A stretch of DNA of 64,000 nucleotides, from positions 270,556 through 334,555 of the forward strand of contig CAWGST010000001.1 of assembly GCA_963825315.1 (NCBI GenBank), in the 5' to 3' direction. Position 1 is the first letter of the stretch. The number at the start of each line of letters is the position of its first letter. Both the position numbers and the translations under genes were made by a program. Below the pieces are notes generated by a model that worked only from the letters and a program-made list of their open reading frames with translations, had not been told where the DNA came from and ran no database searches. This DNA comes from an uncultured Verrucomicrobiae bacterium. GTDB lineage: Bacteria > Verrucomicrobiota > Verrucomicrobiia > Limisphaerales > Palsa-1400. Shown piece after piece: positions 47,038-55,905 of this stretch.

Positions 47038-48401
47038 AATTTTTCTGGCAAAACCACGAGTTGCGCGGCCTTTACGAAAAGGTCGCGGCGGGCGAACGCA
47101 TTTCGGACGACGATGCGCTGCGCCTCCTGCAAAGCAAGGACCTGAACGCGCTGGGGGCCATGGCCGATCTTGTCCGGGCGCGCAAGACGGGCAATCGCGC
47201 CAGCTACATCATCAATTGCTATATCAACTATTCCAATTACTGCATCTTGAGCTGCCAGTTCTGCGCCTTTGCCCGCAAGAAGCGCGACGCGGACGGCCTG
47301 CAATACACCGTCGGGGAAATCGTGCAGAAGGCGCGCGCAGCCCTGAAGTTGGGCATCACGGAGTTGCACATCGTCGGCGGATTGCATCCCTCCCTGCCCT
47401 TCAGTTATTACACGGAGATGTTGCGCGCGCTCAAGGCGCTGGATGCGCGCCTGCAATTAAAATGTTTCACGGCCATTGAAATACTGCACCTGGGCTGGCT
47501 GGCCAAAAAAACCGTGCGCGAGACGCTGCTGGCCTTGCGCGAAGCCGGGCTGGAATCCCTGACCGGCGGCGGCGCGGAAATTTTCCGCAAGGAAGTCCGT
47601 TCGCAAATCGCCAGGGGAAAAGAATCGGCGGAGGAGTATCTGGACGTGCATCGCACCTGGCACCAACTGGGCGGGCGCAGCACTTGCACCATGCTTTACG
47701 GGCATGTCGAGTCGCTGGCCGACCGCGTGGACCATTTGCAAAAGCTGCGACATTTGCAGGATGAAACCCATGGCTTCACCGGCTTCGTTCCCCTGCCCTA
47801 TCAGCCGGACAACAATCAAATCCCGGTCACGACCACGCCGAGCGGCTTTGATTCATTGCGCACCCTTGCCGTCAGCCGGATTTATTTGGACAACTTCGAT
47901 CACATCACAGCCTATTGGGTGGGATTGGGTTTGAAACTGGCGCAAGTGGCTTTGAATTATGGAGCGGACGATCTGCACGGCACGATTGTGGAAGAAAACA
48001 TTTTTCACATGGCCGGCGCGCGCGCGCCGCAATTGCAAACCGAAGCCCAGATGATCAAAGCCATTCGCGAAACAGGCCGCACCCCGGTGCAGCGCGATAC
48101 CTTTTACCAGGCGATCAAAGTCTGGGACGACGCGCCGCCTGGCCGAAGGTGCGGCCGACCCAGGCCCGTCAAAAATTCTGGAGGACAACCTTGCCTCGGC
48201 GTGAGCCGCTGCTTTTTTTTATGCCAACGCCCGACAATGCTCCGAAACTGCGCCTGGCCCCGCCTGAAACGCCGGAGGAACTGGCGCATCGCTTCGCGCG
48301 GGAAACCCGGCCCGTTCTGCTGCAACGGGAGTGCGCGCTGGAGAACTCCCTCAGCCCATTCAGAGTCGGGTCCGTGCCTTACCTCAACGCGGCGCCTTTG
48401 A
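47034..48401 (+). CDS. mqnE: Radical SAM menaquinone-biosynthesis enzyme of the futalosine pathway (MqnE/MqnC type, likely aminofutalosine synthase); abnormal 3' end
   Basis: CILSCQFCAF radical-SAM cluster. Homology-like sequence runs to about ...VQRDTFYQAIKVWDD (aa ~366, nt ~48132). The frame then continues for 90 R/C/P-rich residues across the mqnA start without a stop. Confidence 0.7.
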   Translation: MKFFWQNHELRGLYEKVAAGERISDDDALRLLQSKDLNALGAMADLVRARKTGNRASYIINCYINYSNYCILSCQFCAFARKKRDADGLQYTVGEIVQKARAALKLGITELHIVGGLHPSLPFSYYTEMLRALKALDARLQLKCFTAIEILHLGWLAKKTVRETLLALREAGLESLTGGGAEIFRKEVRSQIARGKESAEEYLDVHRTWHQLGGRSTCTMLYGHVESLADRVDHLQKLRHLQDETHGFTGFVPLPYQPDNNQIPVTTTPSGFDSLRTLAVSRIYLDNFDHITAYWVGLGLKLAQVALNYGADDLHGTIVEENIFHMAGARAPQLQTEAQMIKAIRETGRTPVQRDTFYQAIKVWDDAPPGRRCGRPRPVKNSGGQPCLGVSRCFFLCQRPTMLRNCAWPRLKRRRNWRIASRGKPGPFCCNGSARWRTPSAHSESGPCLTSTRRL

Positions 48402-49105
48402 CCCGCGGATTGGAAGAGCAAATCATTTTCGTGCCGCCCTCGGCCCTGGCGGAGAAGCTGCGCCGCGACGAGCTGGACGCGGCGCTGGTCAGCGTCACAG
48501 AAGTATTATTGACTGAGCGCTACGACATTCTGGACGGGATTGCCGTGGCGTCGCTGGGCGAAGTGCAAAGTGTTTTTCTGGCTCATCGCCAGCCGCTGCA
48601 GGAAATCCGCGAGATCTTTTGCGACCCAGCCTCGCTGGCCGGCCTCAACCTGCTCAAAGTGCTCCTGGCCGAACACGGATTGAAGCCGGCGCTGCAACCG
48701 CTGCCGGGTTACAAGGACGCGGCCGCATTGCCAAATGTTTTTATGATCGGCGATCCCGCCCTTGAATTCATTCGCGCGCCCCATCCGCATGAGATTTGGG
48801 ACCTGGGCGCGGCCTGGTATGAATTGACCCGGCTTCCGTTCGTCTATGCGGTCTGGGCGTTGCGCCGCATTCCGAACGAGCCGTTGCGCCGCCGCTTGCG
48901 CGAAGCGAAACATTTCGGCCTGGACACGCTGGACTACATTATTTCCAGCCGGAATGAATTCGATTACGCGTTTCGCAAGGACTACCTGGAATGGCACATT
49001 CATTACCACCTGGGAACCGAGGAACGGCGCGGGATTGCCCGCTTCATCGAACTGTTGCGCAAGCATGGTTTGGGGCCGGTCCACGAACCCCGTTTCGTGC
49101 CGTAA
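48221..49105 (+). CDS. mqnA: Chorismate dehydratase (futalosine pathway MqnA)
   Basis: FRVGSVPYLNAAPL and PFVYAVWAL motifs on a periplasmic-binding-protein-like fold. The ATG at 48221 lies just after a T8 run, and the protein has a ~45-aa N-terminal extension relative to my expectation. ORF-track start is 47915. Confidence 0.75.
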   Translation: MPTPDNAPKLRLAPPETPEELAHRFARETRPVLLQRECALENSLSPFRVGSVPYLNAAPLTRGLEEQIIFVPPSALAEKLRRDELDAALVSVTEVLLTERYDILDGIAVASLGEVQSVFLAHRQPLQEIREIFCDPASLAGLNLLKVLLAEHGLKPALQPLPGYKDAAALPNVFMIGDPALEFIRAPHPHEIWDLGAAWYELTRLPFVYAVWALRRIPNEPLRRRLREAKHFGLDTLDYIISSRNEFDYAFRKDYLEWHIHYHLGTEERRGIARFIELLRKHGLGPVHEPRFVP

Positions 49106-49117
49106 ATGGGCGCAAAC

Positions 49118-49140
49118 TTCTTAATTCTTAATTCTTACTT
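49118..49140. repeat. Heptamer array TTCTTAA TTCTTAA TTCTTAC TT
   Basis: Lies between the mqnA stop (49105) and the apbE ATG (49144). Contains the 16-mer TTCTTAATTCTTACTT (49125-49140). Confidence 0.9.
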
Positions 49141-49143
49141 GGT

Positions 49144-50118
49144 ATGCAAACCGTCATCCTCGCCTGCCACGCCATGGCGACCCGGTTTGAGATTGTATTG
49201 CATGGTGAAAGCCCGCCACGGTTGCGGGCCGCCGGCGAAGAAGCGCTGGCCGAAGTGGAACGGATCGAGGCGCAATTGAGCATTTACCAGCCGACGAGCG
49301 AAATGGCGCGGGTCAACGCCTGCGCCGCCCGCCAACCCGTGCGGGTCACTCCGCCGGTCTTTCGCCTGCTCGAACAGGCGCGCCAACTCCATCGCGACAG
49401 CGGCGGCGCTTTTGATATTACCATCGCGCCATTGGTGCGCTGCTGGGGTTTCATGGACGGTTCCGGCTCCTGGCCCGATCCCGCGGAAGTGGCGCGAGTC
49501 CGCCGGCAAGTCGGCATGCAACACGTCATTTTGGATGAGGAAAATCTGACCGTCCGATTCGACGGCGAAGGCGTCATGCTCGATTTGGGCGCGATTGGCA
49601 AAGGCTATGCGATTGATCGGGCGGCGGAGACGTTGCGCGAAGCCGGCATTGCCAGCGCGCTGCTGCACGGGGGAACCAGCACCGTCCATGGGCTGGGCAA
49701 GCCGCCCGGGGACGACGCGTGGAAGGTGGCCATTGAATCTCCGTCCGTTGACGGCGCCACGCCGCAATTGCTGGCCACGGTGTCATTGCAAGACGAGGCG
49801 TTGTCTGTCTCGGCGGTGTGGGGAAAATGCTTTGAACACGAGGGAAAGACCTTCGGCCATGTGCTGGATCCGCGCTCCGGCCAACCCGTCTCCAACGCTG
49901 TTTTGGCGGCGGTGGTTTTGCCGTCGGCCACGGAAACTGATGCGTTATCGACCGCATTGCTCGTGGTGGGAGCGGAGGGCCATGAAAAAATCGCGCAATT
50001 GCGTCCCCGCATGCGGACGCTGGTCGTGGGCGCAAGCGCAACCCATTTTCGCGCCGACAGCAAGGGAATCGCGCTCAAAATGCGGGAAAGCATTGAAAAA
50101 CCACGTGGAAACGGTTAA
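49144..50118 (+). CDS. apbE: FAD:protein FMN transferase (ApbE family)
   Basis: 324 aa. AMATRFEIVL, GGAFDITIAPLV and DLGAIGKGYAIDRA motifs. Confidence 0.8.
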   Translation: MQTVILACHAMATRFEIVLHGESPPRLRAAGEEALAEVERIEAQLSIYQPTSEMARVNACAARQPVRVTPPVFRLLEQARQLHRDSGGAFDITIAPLVRCWGFMDGSGSWPDPAEVARVRRQVGMQHVILDEENLTVRFDGEGVMLDLGAIGKGYAIDRAAETLREAGIASALLHGGTSTVHGLGKPPGDDAWKVAIESPSVDGATPQLLATVSLQDEALSVSAVWGKCFEHEGKTFGHVLDPRSGQPVSNAVLAAVVLPSATETDALSTALLVVGAEGHEKIAQLRPRMRTLVVGASATHFRADSKGIALKMRESIEKPRGNG

Positions 50119-50129
50119 GTTCTGTTGCG

Positions 50130-51035
50130 ATGCTGAATGATCGGTCATACATGCGAACAGAATATCGGCCTGCGTGGTCGATGACCAAGATTCTGTTGAT
50201 CTTGGTGTTCGCCTGCTTCGTCGTGCAAAGGATTGCGGAGGGGGTCTGGGGTGCGGGCTGGGTGGACTCATGGTTCGCCCTCAGCACCCAGGGATTGAGA
50301 GACGGTCGGATTTATCAGTTGATTACCTTTCAATTCATGCACGCCGGCTGGATGCATTTGCTCGGCAACATGTTCACGCTTTATTTCATTGGCCGCGCCA
50401 TGGAGGAAACGCTGGGAAGAAAGGGTCTGCTAAGGCTTTACCTGCTAAGCGGCACCTTTGGCGGGCTGCTGCAAATCATCCTGGCTTTTGCTTTCCCGTC
50501 TTATTTTGCCGGCGGCGTGGTCGGCGCTTCGGCGGGAGTGTTTGGATTGATAGCCGCTTTCGCGGCGCGCGCGCCCGATCAACCCATCACGATGTTCATC
50601 TATTTCTTCCCCGTCACAGTCCAGGCAAAGGTCCTTTTGTTCGGTGAAGCAGTCATTTCCCTCCTCGGGCTTTTGGGGCCCCTGATACGCTTCACGGCTT
50701 TCACCGGTAATATTGCCCATGCGGCGCATTTGGGGGGCATGCTCACCGGCATCTTCTACATCCGCTGGGCGGGAAGGGTGCCGCGCCCGTTCGAATTCTG
50801 GCGTCCCTTCGCCCGCCGCAACCCGCCCCCCAAACGGGAATTGGTCAGCGCCGCCCCCCGGCGCGCCTGGCGCGGCGCCAGCAGAAAGCCGGCCGAAGAT
50901 TTGCCGGCCGCCGAATTTATCAGCCGCGAAGTGGATCCGATCCTGGAAAAAATTTCCGCCCAGGGCATTCACAGTTTGACCGAGCGCGAGCGGCAGATTC
51001 TGGAAGCGGCCCGCAATAAAATGGCCAAACGCTGA
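50130..51035 (+). CDS. Rhomboid-family intramembrane serine protease with C-terminal soluble extension
   Basis: HAGWMHLLGNMFTLYFIG, GASAGVFGL (catalytic Ser) and AHLGGMLTG (catalytic His). The C-terminal tail is REVDPILEKISAQGIHSLTERERQILEAA. Confidence 0.8.
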   Translation: MLNDRSYMRTEYRPAWSMTKILLILVFACFVVQRIAEGVWGAGWVDSWFALSTQGLRDGRIYQLITFQFMHAGWMHLLGNMFTLYFIGRAMEETLGRKGLLRLYLLSGTFGGLLQIILAFAFPSYFAGGVVGASAGVFGLIAAFAARAPDQPITMFIYFFPVTVQAKVLLFGEAVISLLGLLGPLIRFTAFTGNIAHAAHLGGMLTGIFYIRWAGRVPRPFEFWRPFARRNPPPKRELVSAAPRRAWRGASRKPAEDLPAAEFISREVDPILEKISAQGIHSLTERERQILEAARNKMAKR

Positions 51036-51100
51036 CCTTTCCGATTGCGGATGATTCCTCCAGGACGCACTATCATGCCAAAGATGAATCGCCCACCAAC

Positions 51101-52426
51101 ATGATTCAGCGATATTCGCGGGCCGAAATGAGGGACATCTGGACCGAGCAGCGCAAGCTCGAACTCTGGCTGCAAATTGAATTGCTGGCCGCCGAGGCGC
51201 TGGTCGCGGAGGGCATCGTGCCCGAAAGGGATTTCGCACAAATGAAGGCCAAAGCCGCCTTCAACATGGATCGTTGCAAAGAACTGGAGAAGACCCTCAA
51301 CCACGACGTCATCGCCTTCACCACCAACGTCGCGGAAAACATCGGCGCGCCCGCCGGCCGCTGGCTCCATTTTGGACTGACCAGCAGCGACATCACCGAC
51401 ACGGCTTTTGCGGTGCAAATGGCGCAATCGGCCGGCGTGCTCATCGGCGATGTCAAAGCCTTGCGCGAGGTCATTGCCCGCAAAGCGCGCCAGCATCAAT
51501 TTACTCCGATGATTGGGCGCAGCCACGGCATTCACGCCGAACCGACCACGTTCGGTTTGAAAATGGCGCTCATGCACGATGAGTTCACCCGCGCCTTGCG
51601 GCGGCTGGAAGCGGTCCGGGAAACCGTCGCGGTCGGAAAGCTTTCCGGGGCGGTCGGAACCAGCGCGCATCTGTCGCCGCGGGTGGAGGAGTATGTTTGC
51701 CGGAAACTGGGCCTTCGGCCCGCGCCCATCGCCACGCAGGTGGTGGCCCGGGATTTGCACGCTGAGTTTATCTGCGTCCTGGCCTTGATCGGGGCCGGCA
51801 TCGAACGTTGGGCCACTGAATTCCGCCACTTGCAACGCACGGAAGTTTTGGAAGCGGAAGAATTTTTCGGGGAGGGGCAAAAGGGTTCCAGCGCCATGCC
51901 GCACAAGCGCAACCCGATCACCGCCGAACGCCTGACCGGGCTGGCCCGCGTGCTGCGCGGCAACGCGGTGGCGGCGCTGGAGAATGTGGCCCTCTGGCAC
52001 GAACGCGATATCAGCCACAGCTCGGTGGAACGAATCATTTTTCCCGACTCCTGTACGTTGCTGGATTACATGCTGGCGACCCTCAAGAAACTGACCGACG
52101 GCCTGATCATCTATCCTGAGAACATGAAGCGGAACCTGGCGCTCTCCCTCGGCATGTGGAATTCCCAAACCGTCTTGCTGGCCCTGATCAAGAAGGGCCT
52201 GACCCGCGAAGCCGCCTACGAGTTGACCCAGCGCAACGCCATGCAGACCTGGCAGGCCAAACACGCCGGGCGGGACGAGGCGGATTTTCTGGCGCAACTC
52301 CAGCGCGATCCTGAGGTGAAAAAACATTTTGCCGCGGGCGAACTGGAAAAACTCTGCTCGCTGGATTTCCATTTGCAGAATGTGAAAGCCACATTTGAGA
52401 AAGTTTTTGGCCCCGAAAAACCCTGA
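51101..52426 (+). CDS. purB: Adenylosuccinate lyase
   Basis: 441 aa. Carries the fumarate-lyase signature GSSAMPHKRNP and an N-terminus typical of PurB (MIQRYSRAEM..W). Confidence 0.9.
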   Translation: MIQRYSRAEMRDIWTEQRKLELWLQIELLAAEALVAEGIVPERDFAQMKAKAAFNMDRCKELEKTLNHDVIAFTTNVAENIGAPAGRWLHFGLTSSDITDTAFAVQMAQSAGVLIGDVKALREVIARKARQHQFTPMIGRSHGIHAEPTTFGLKMALMHDEFTRALRRLEAVRETVAVGKLSGAVGTSAHLSPRVEEYVCRKLGLRPAPIATQVVARDLHAEFICVLALIGAGIERWATEFRHLQRTEVLEAEEFFGEGQKGSSAMPHKRNPITAERLTGLARVLRGNAVAALENVALWHERDISHSSVERIIFPDSCTLLDYMLATLKKLTDGLIIYPENMKRNLALSLGMWNSQTVLLALIKKGLTREAAYELTQRNAMQTWQAKHAGRDEADFLAQLQRDPEVKKHFAAGELEKLCSLDFHLQNVKATFEKVFGPEKP

Positions 52427-52431
52427 AACGG

Positions 52432-53907
52432 ATGAAAATTCTTCTCATCAGTCCGCAAACGCCAGACACCTTCTGGAGTTTCAAGCATGTGCTGCGTTTC
52501 GTTTCCAAGCAGGCCTCCTTCCCGCCTCTGGGTTTGCTCACGGTGGCGGCCATGCTGCCCCAGGATTGGGAATTGCGGCTCGTGGACATGAACGTCGAGC
52601 GGCTCAAGGACGCCGATTTGCGCTGGGCGGACTTCGTCATGATCAGCGCGATGATCGTCCACAAGGATTCGGTGCGGAACATCGTGGCCCGATCCATTGC
52701 CAACGGCAAACCCGTCATCGCTGGCGGGCCGTTGTTCACCACCGGACATGAGGCCTTTCCTGATATTCAACATTTCGTTCTCGGTGAAGCCGAGGAAATC
52801 ATGCCCCAAGTCGTCCGGGACCTGCGCCACAATTGCCTGCAACACATCTACCAAGCGACACGCTGGCCGGACCTCGTGCAAACGCCCGTTCCGCGCTGGG
52901 ATTTGATTGACCCGCGGCATTATGTGACGATGTCGGTGCAGTTTTCACGCGGCTGCCCCTTCAATTGCGAGTTCTGCGACATCATCGTCATGAACGGCCG
53001 TGTGCCTCGAACCAAGTCGCCGCGGCAGTTGATCACCGAACTGGAAGCGCTCCGCGTTCGCGGCTGGAAGGAAATGGTCTTCATCGTGGACGACAATTTC
53101 ATAGGCGACAAACGAAGCACCCGCGCCTTGCTGCGCCAAATGGTGGCATGGCGCCGGCGCACGCGGGCCAAAATGGGATTCCTGACCGAAGCATCCGTCA
53201 ACCTCGCGGACGACGCGGAGCTGTGCGCGTTGATGGTTCAAGCCGGTTTCACGAAAGTGTTTGTCGGCATCGAAACGCCGTCGGTGGAATCGCTGGAGGA
53301 ATGCCGCAAGCTCCAGAATCGCGGGCGCGATCTTGTCGAAGCCGTGCGCCTGTTGCAACAACGCGGGCTGGAAGTCATGGGCGGATTTATCGTGGGCTTC
53401 GATAGCGACAAGACGGACATCTTCAAGCGCCAGTTCGACTTCATCCAGCGCTCCGGCGTCGTGACGGCGATGGTCGGCTTGCTCACCGCGCTGCCGCAAA
53501 CGCGCCTCTACAATCGCCTCAAGACCGAGGGCCGGCTCGAATCGGAAACCAGCGGCAACAACGTCAATTCCGCCCTGAACTTCAAGCCCAGGCTCAATCG
53601 TGAATTCCTCCAATCCGGCTACCGCGATCTGATGAAAAAACTCTACGAGCCCAAGGCCTATTACCAGCGCGTCCGCACCTTCTTCCAAAACCACAAGAAC
53701 ACCGCGCCGGCTCCGCGGCGGCTGTCGCGCGCGGATTTCCTGGCCTTCATAAAATCCTTCTGGCTGCTGGGCATCTGGTATCGCGGGCGCGTGGCCTACT
53801 GGCGATTTTTCTGGGGCACACTCTTGCGCCGGCCCCGTCATTTCCGTCGCGCCATTGAGTTCGCCATACTCGGCTATCACTTCCGCCGCATCGCCCGGGA
53901 ATGTTAG
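52432..53907 (+). CDS. B12-binding-domain radical SAM protein (DUF4070-type C-terminus)
   Basis: N-terminal B12-binding-like domain (MKILLISPQ...PPLGLLTVAAML) and a radical SAM cluster CPFNCEFCD. 491 aa. Confidence 0.8.
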   Translation: MKILLISPQTPDTFWSFKHVLRFVSKQASFPPLGLLTVAAMLPQDWELRLVDMNVERLKDADLRWADFVMISAMIVHKDSVRNIVARSIANGKPVIAGGPLFTTGHEAFPDIQHFVLGEAEEIMPQVVRDLRHNCLQHIYQATRWPDLVQTPVPRWDLIDPRHYVTMSVQFSRGCPFNCEFCDIIVMNGRVPRTKSPRQLITELEALRVRGWKEMVFIVDDNFIGDKRSTRALLRQMVAWRRRTRAKMGFLTEASVNLADDAELCALMVQAGFTKVFVGIETPSVESLEECRKLQNRGRDLVEAVRLLQQRGLEVMGGFIVGFDSDKTDIFKRQFDFIQRSGVVTAMVGLLTALPQTRLYNRLKTEGRLESETSGNNVNSALNFKPRLNREFLQSGYRDLMKKLYEPKAYYQRVRTFFQNHKNTAPAPRRLSRADFLAFIKSFWLLGIWYRGRVAYWRFFWGTLLRRPRHFRRAIEFAILGYHFRRIAREC

Positions 53908-54298
53908 ATAAGTTGCGCCAGGGGGTCGCTGTCTAATCGTTTAATGGGCCTACGTAATACGACGCAATCACGCTCCGGCACGCTTCTTCCGATGGCTGAC
54001 GGGTCCGCGGCGCCAGCGCCTTGCCGCCCACGCTCGCCATTTGCCTCTTTCTCCCTGGAACCGGCCCCCGCTCTCCCCTGGCCGCCTCCCCGGTTCTCCG
54101 CTGTTTCATCACGTCCCTCCCCGTTGCGGAGCCGCATGGCAATGGACCGGCCGGCTTGGGTGCTGTCAATAATGGCGTGCTCATGGCCTACCCGTAGCTT
54201 TTCCTTTGCCGCCGTGCTCTCCACATATTGCGAAAAACACCGTCTTTTTTGGCGGCCATATTTTGTCCAAGCAAGCGCATATAAAGACCATGACCAGG

Positions 54299-54414
54299 AA
54301 ATGACTAAGGTCCAAGCACGAATGACCAATCAATGACGAAGCAGCAATGACGAAGTTTCCAAGTTTCGTCATTCGGTCATTTGGGCATTGATGGGTCATT
54401 AGGATTTCGTCATT
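54299..54414. repeat. Palindromic cluster: AATGAC x4 (54300-54351) facing GTCATT x4 (54368-54414)
   Basis: AATGAC at 54300, 54321, 54332 and 54346. GTCATT at 54368, 54376, 54395 and 54409. The core aatgacgaa...ttcgtcatt is centred near 54360. Confidence 0.85.
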
Positions 54415-54562
54415 GGACATTTCCCCCCCCCATGCTCCCAAAGTGGAGTTGACCAGCCGGAGCCTTCAGCGTATATATCAGCGCAACAAGTGCAAAGCAT
54501 CCGCCAGGAACCGGCAGGACGCCGATCCGGCGCGGAATGACCGTTTTGCCAGAAAGCTTTCT

Positions 54563-55837
54563 ATGTCAAACATGGATCAAACCGAGGTTTTGGTAACCGG
54601 AGCGGGCCCGGTGGGAATGCTGACCGCCCTGCTTCTGACGCAGAACGGGATTAAAACGCGGATCATTGACCAGGAGTCCCGCACGGCCGGACACAGTTAT
54701 TCCTGCGCGCTTCATCCCCGATCCATCCAACTGCTGCACCAGGCGGGCATCGCCGCCGACGCCATCGAATTTGGCCGCCGCATTGACTCCGTGGGCTTTT
54801 ATGAAGGAAGCGAGCGGCGCGCCGAAGTAAAGCTTTCCGAACTCCCCGCCGAATTTCCCTTCGCGCTGGTGTTGGAGCAGAGCGCCCTGGAAAATTTGCT
54901 CGAGCAAAGGCTTCGGCAGGCCGAGGTCAGAATCAACTGGGACCACAGGCTGGCCAATTTGGAAATGGATGACCGGGGAGCCGCGGCGACCATCGAGAAA
55001 TTAGGCATGACAGGGAAAGGCTATGGCGTGCCGGGCCTCGAATCAGGGGTGAAAGATAATTTGCAGGCGCGGGCGGAGTTTATCGTCGGCGCTGACGGAG
55101 CAAACTCGCTGGTGCGGACGCGGCTGGGCATTCCATTCGAGCGCGCGGGCGCCCCTCAACACTTTGCCGTATATGAAGTCGAAGCCGGCGGCGTGTGCGG
55201 CCACGAAGCCAGGGTTGTCCTGGACGACGCCACGGCCAATGTCCTCTGGCCCTTGTCGGATACACGATGCCGATGGAGCCTTCAACTCAATCCGGATGAA
55301 GAGAGCGGCGATTTTCCAGGGAAAGAGCGGGACCGGATGGTGGTAGTCGAGCGGCCCGGTGAGCAAGACGGCCTGCACCAGTTGCGCCGGTTGTTGAACG
55401 GCCGCGCGCCTTGGTTCCAGAGCCAGATCCAGGAGATCGTCTGGACCGCCGATGTGCAATTTGAACCCCGGCTGGCCCGCCAATTCGGCCAAAACCTCTG
55501 CTGGCTGGCCGGCGACGCCGCGCACCAGACCGGACCCGTCGGCATGCAGAGCATGAACATCGGGTTCCGGGAGGCGGCGGACTTGGTGGACGTGCTCACG
55601 CAGATCCTGCGCAAAGGCGCATCCAGAGATTTGCTGAAACGTTATGATCGCGCGCATTGGGGCGAGTGGTCGCAGTTATTGGGCCTCAAGACGGGAGCGA
55701 CATCCACGGACAAAGCCGCGGAGTGGGCGCGGCGGCGGGCCGCCCGGATTGTGGGCAGCATTCCGGCGTCGGGCGCTGATCTAACCTCTCTGCTCAAACA
55801 ACTGGGAATTGATTTGGTTTTTGCCTCCCCATCCTAA
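54563..55837 (+). CDS. FAD-dependent monooxygenase (UbiH/aromatic-ring hydroxylase-like)
   Basis: The in-frame ATG at 54563 gives MSNMDQTEVLVTGAGPVGMLTALLL (GxGxxG). AGDAAHQTGPVG is the FAD-binding motif. The ORF-track start at 54413 runs through the repeat cluster. Confidence 0.75.
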   Translation: MSNMDQTEVLVTGAGPVGMLTALLLTQNGIKTRIIDQESRTAGHSYSCALHPRSIQLLHQAGIAADAIEFGRRIDSVGFYEGSERRAEVKLSELPAEFPFALVLEQSALENLLEQRLRQAEVRINWDHRLANLEMDDRGAAATIEKLGMTGKGYGVPGLESGVKDNLQARAEFIVGADGANSLVRTRLGIPFERAGAPQHFAVYEVEAGGVCGHEARVVLDDATANVLWPLSDTRCRWSLQLNPDEESGDFPGKERDRMVVVERPGEQDGLHQLRRLLNGRAPWFQSQIQEIVWTADVQFEPRLARQFGQNLCWLAGDAAHQTGPVGMQSMNIGFREAADLVDVLTQILRKGASRDLLKRYDRAHWGEWSQLLGLKTGATSTDKAAEWARRRAARIVGSIPASGADLTSLLKQLGIDLVFASPS

Positions 55838-55901
55838 TCCTAATCTTAATCCTAATCCTAATCTTCTTCAATTCGGATTAAGATTAAAATTAAGATTAAG
55901 A
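55834..55901. repeat. Inverted hexamer arrays: (CTAATC/TTAATC) x5 then (GATTAA/AATTAA) x4, able to form a long AT-rich hairpin
   Basis: The arrays at 55834-55865 and 55876-55901 are separated by cttcaattcg. They lie between convergent genes. The left array begins inside the TAA stop (55835-55837) and the right array ends 5 nt before the minus-strand stop (55906-55908). Confidence 0.85.
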
Positions 55902-55905
55902 GCAG

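Noticed and set aside
50969-52372. 467-aa minus-strand ORF antisense to purB
   Set aside because: It is a shadow ORF. purB carries the fumarate-lyase signature on the plus strand.
3653-55901. Short tandem arrays considered as possible CRISPR arrays
   Set aside because: The units are 6-7 nt with no spacers. There are no 25-40-nt repeats alternating with unique sequence, and no cas genes in the window.
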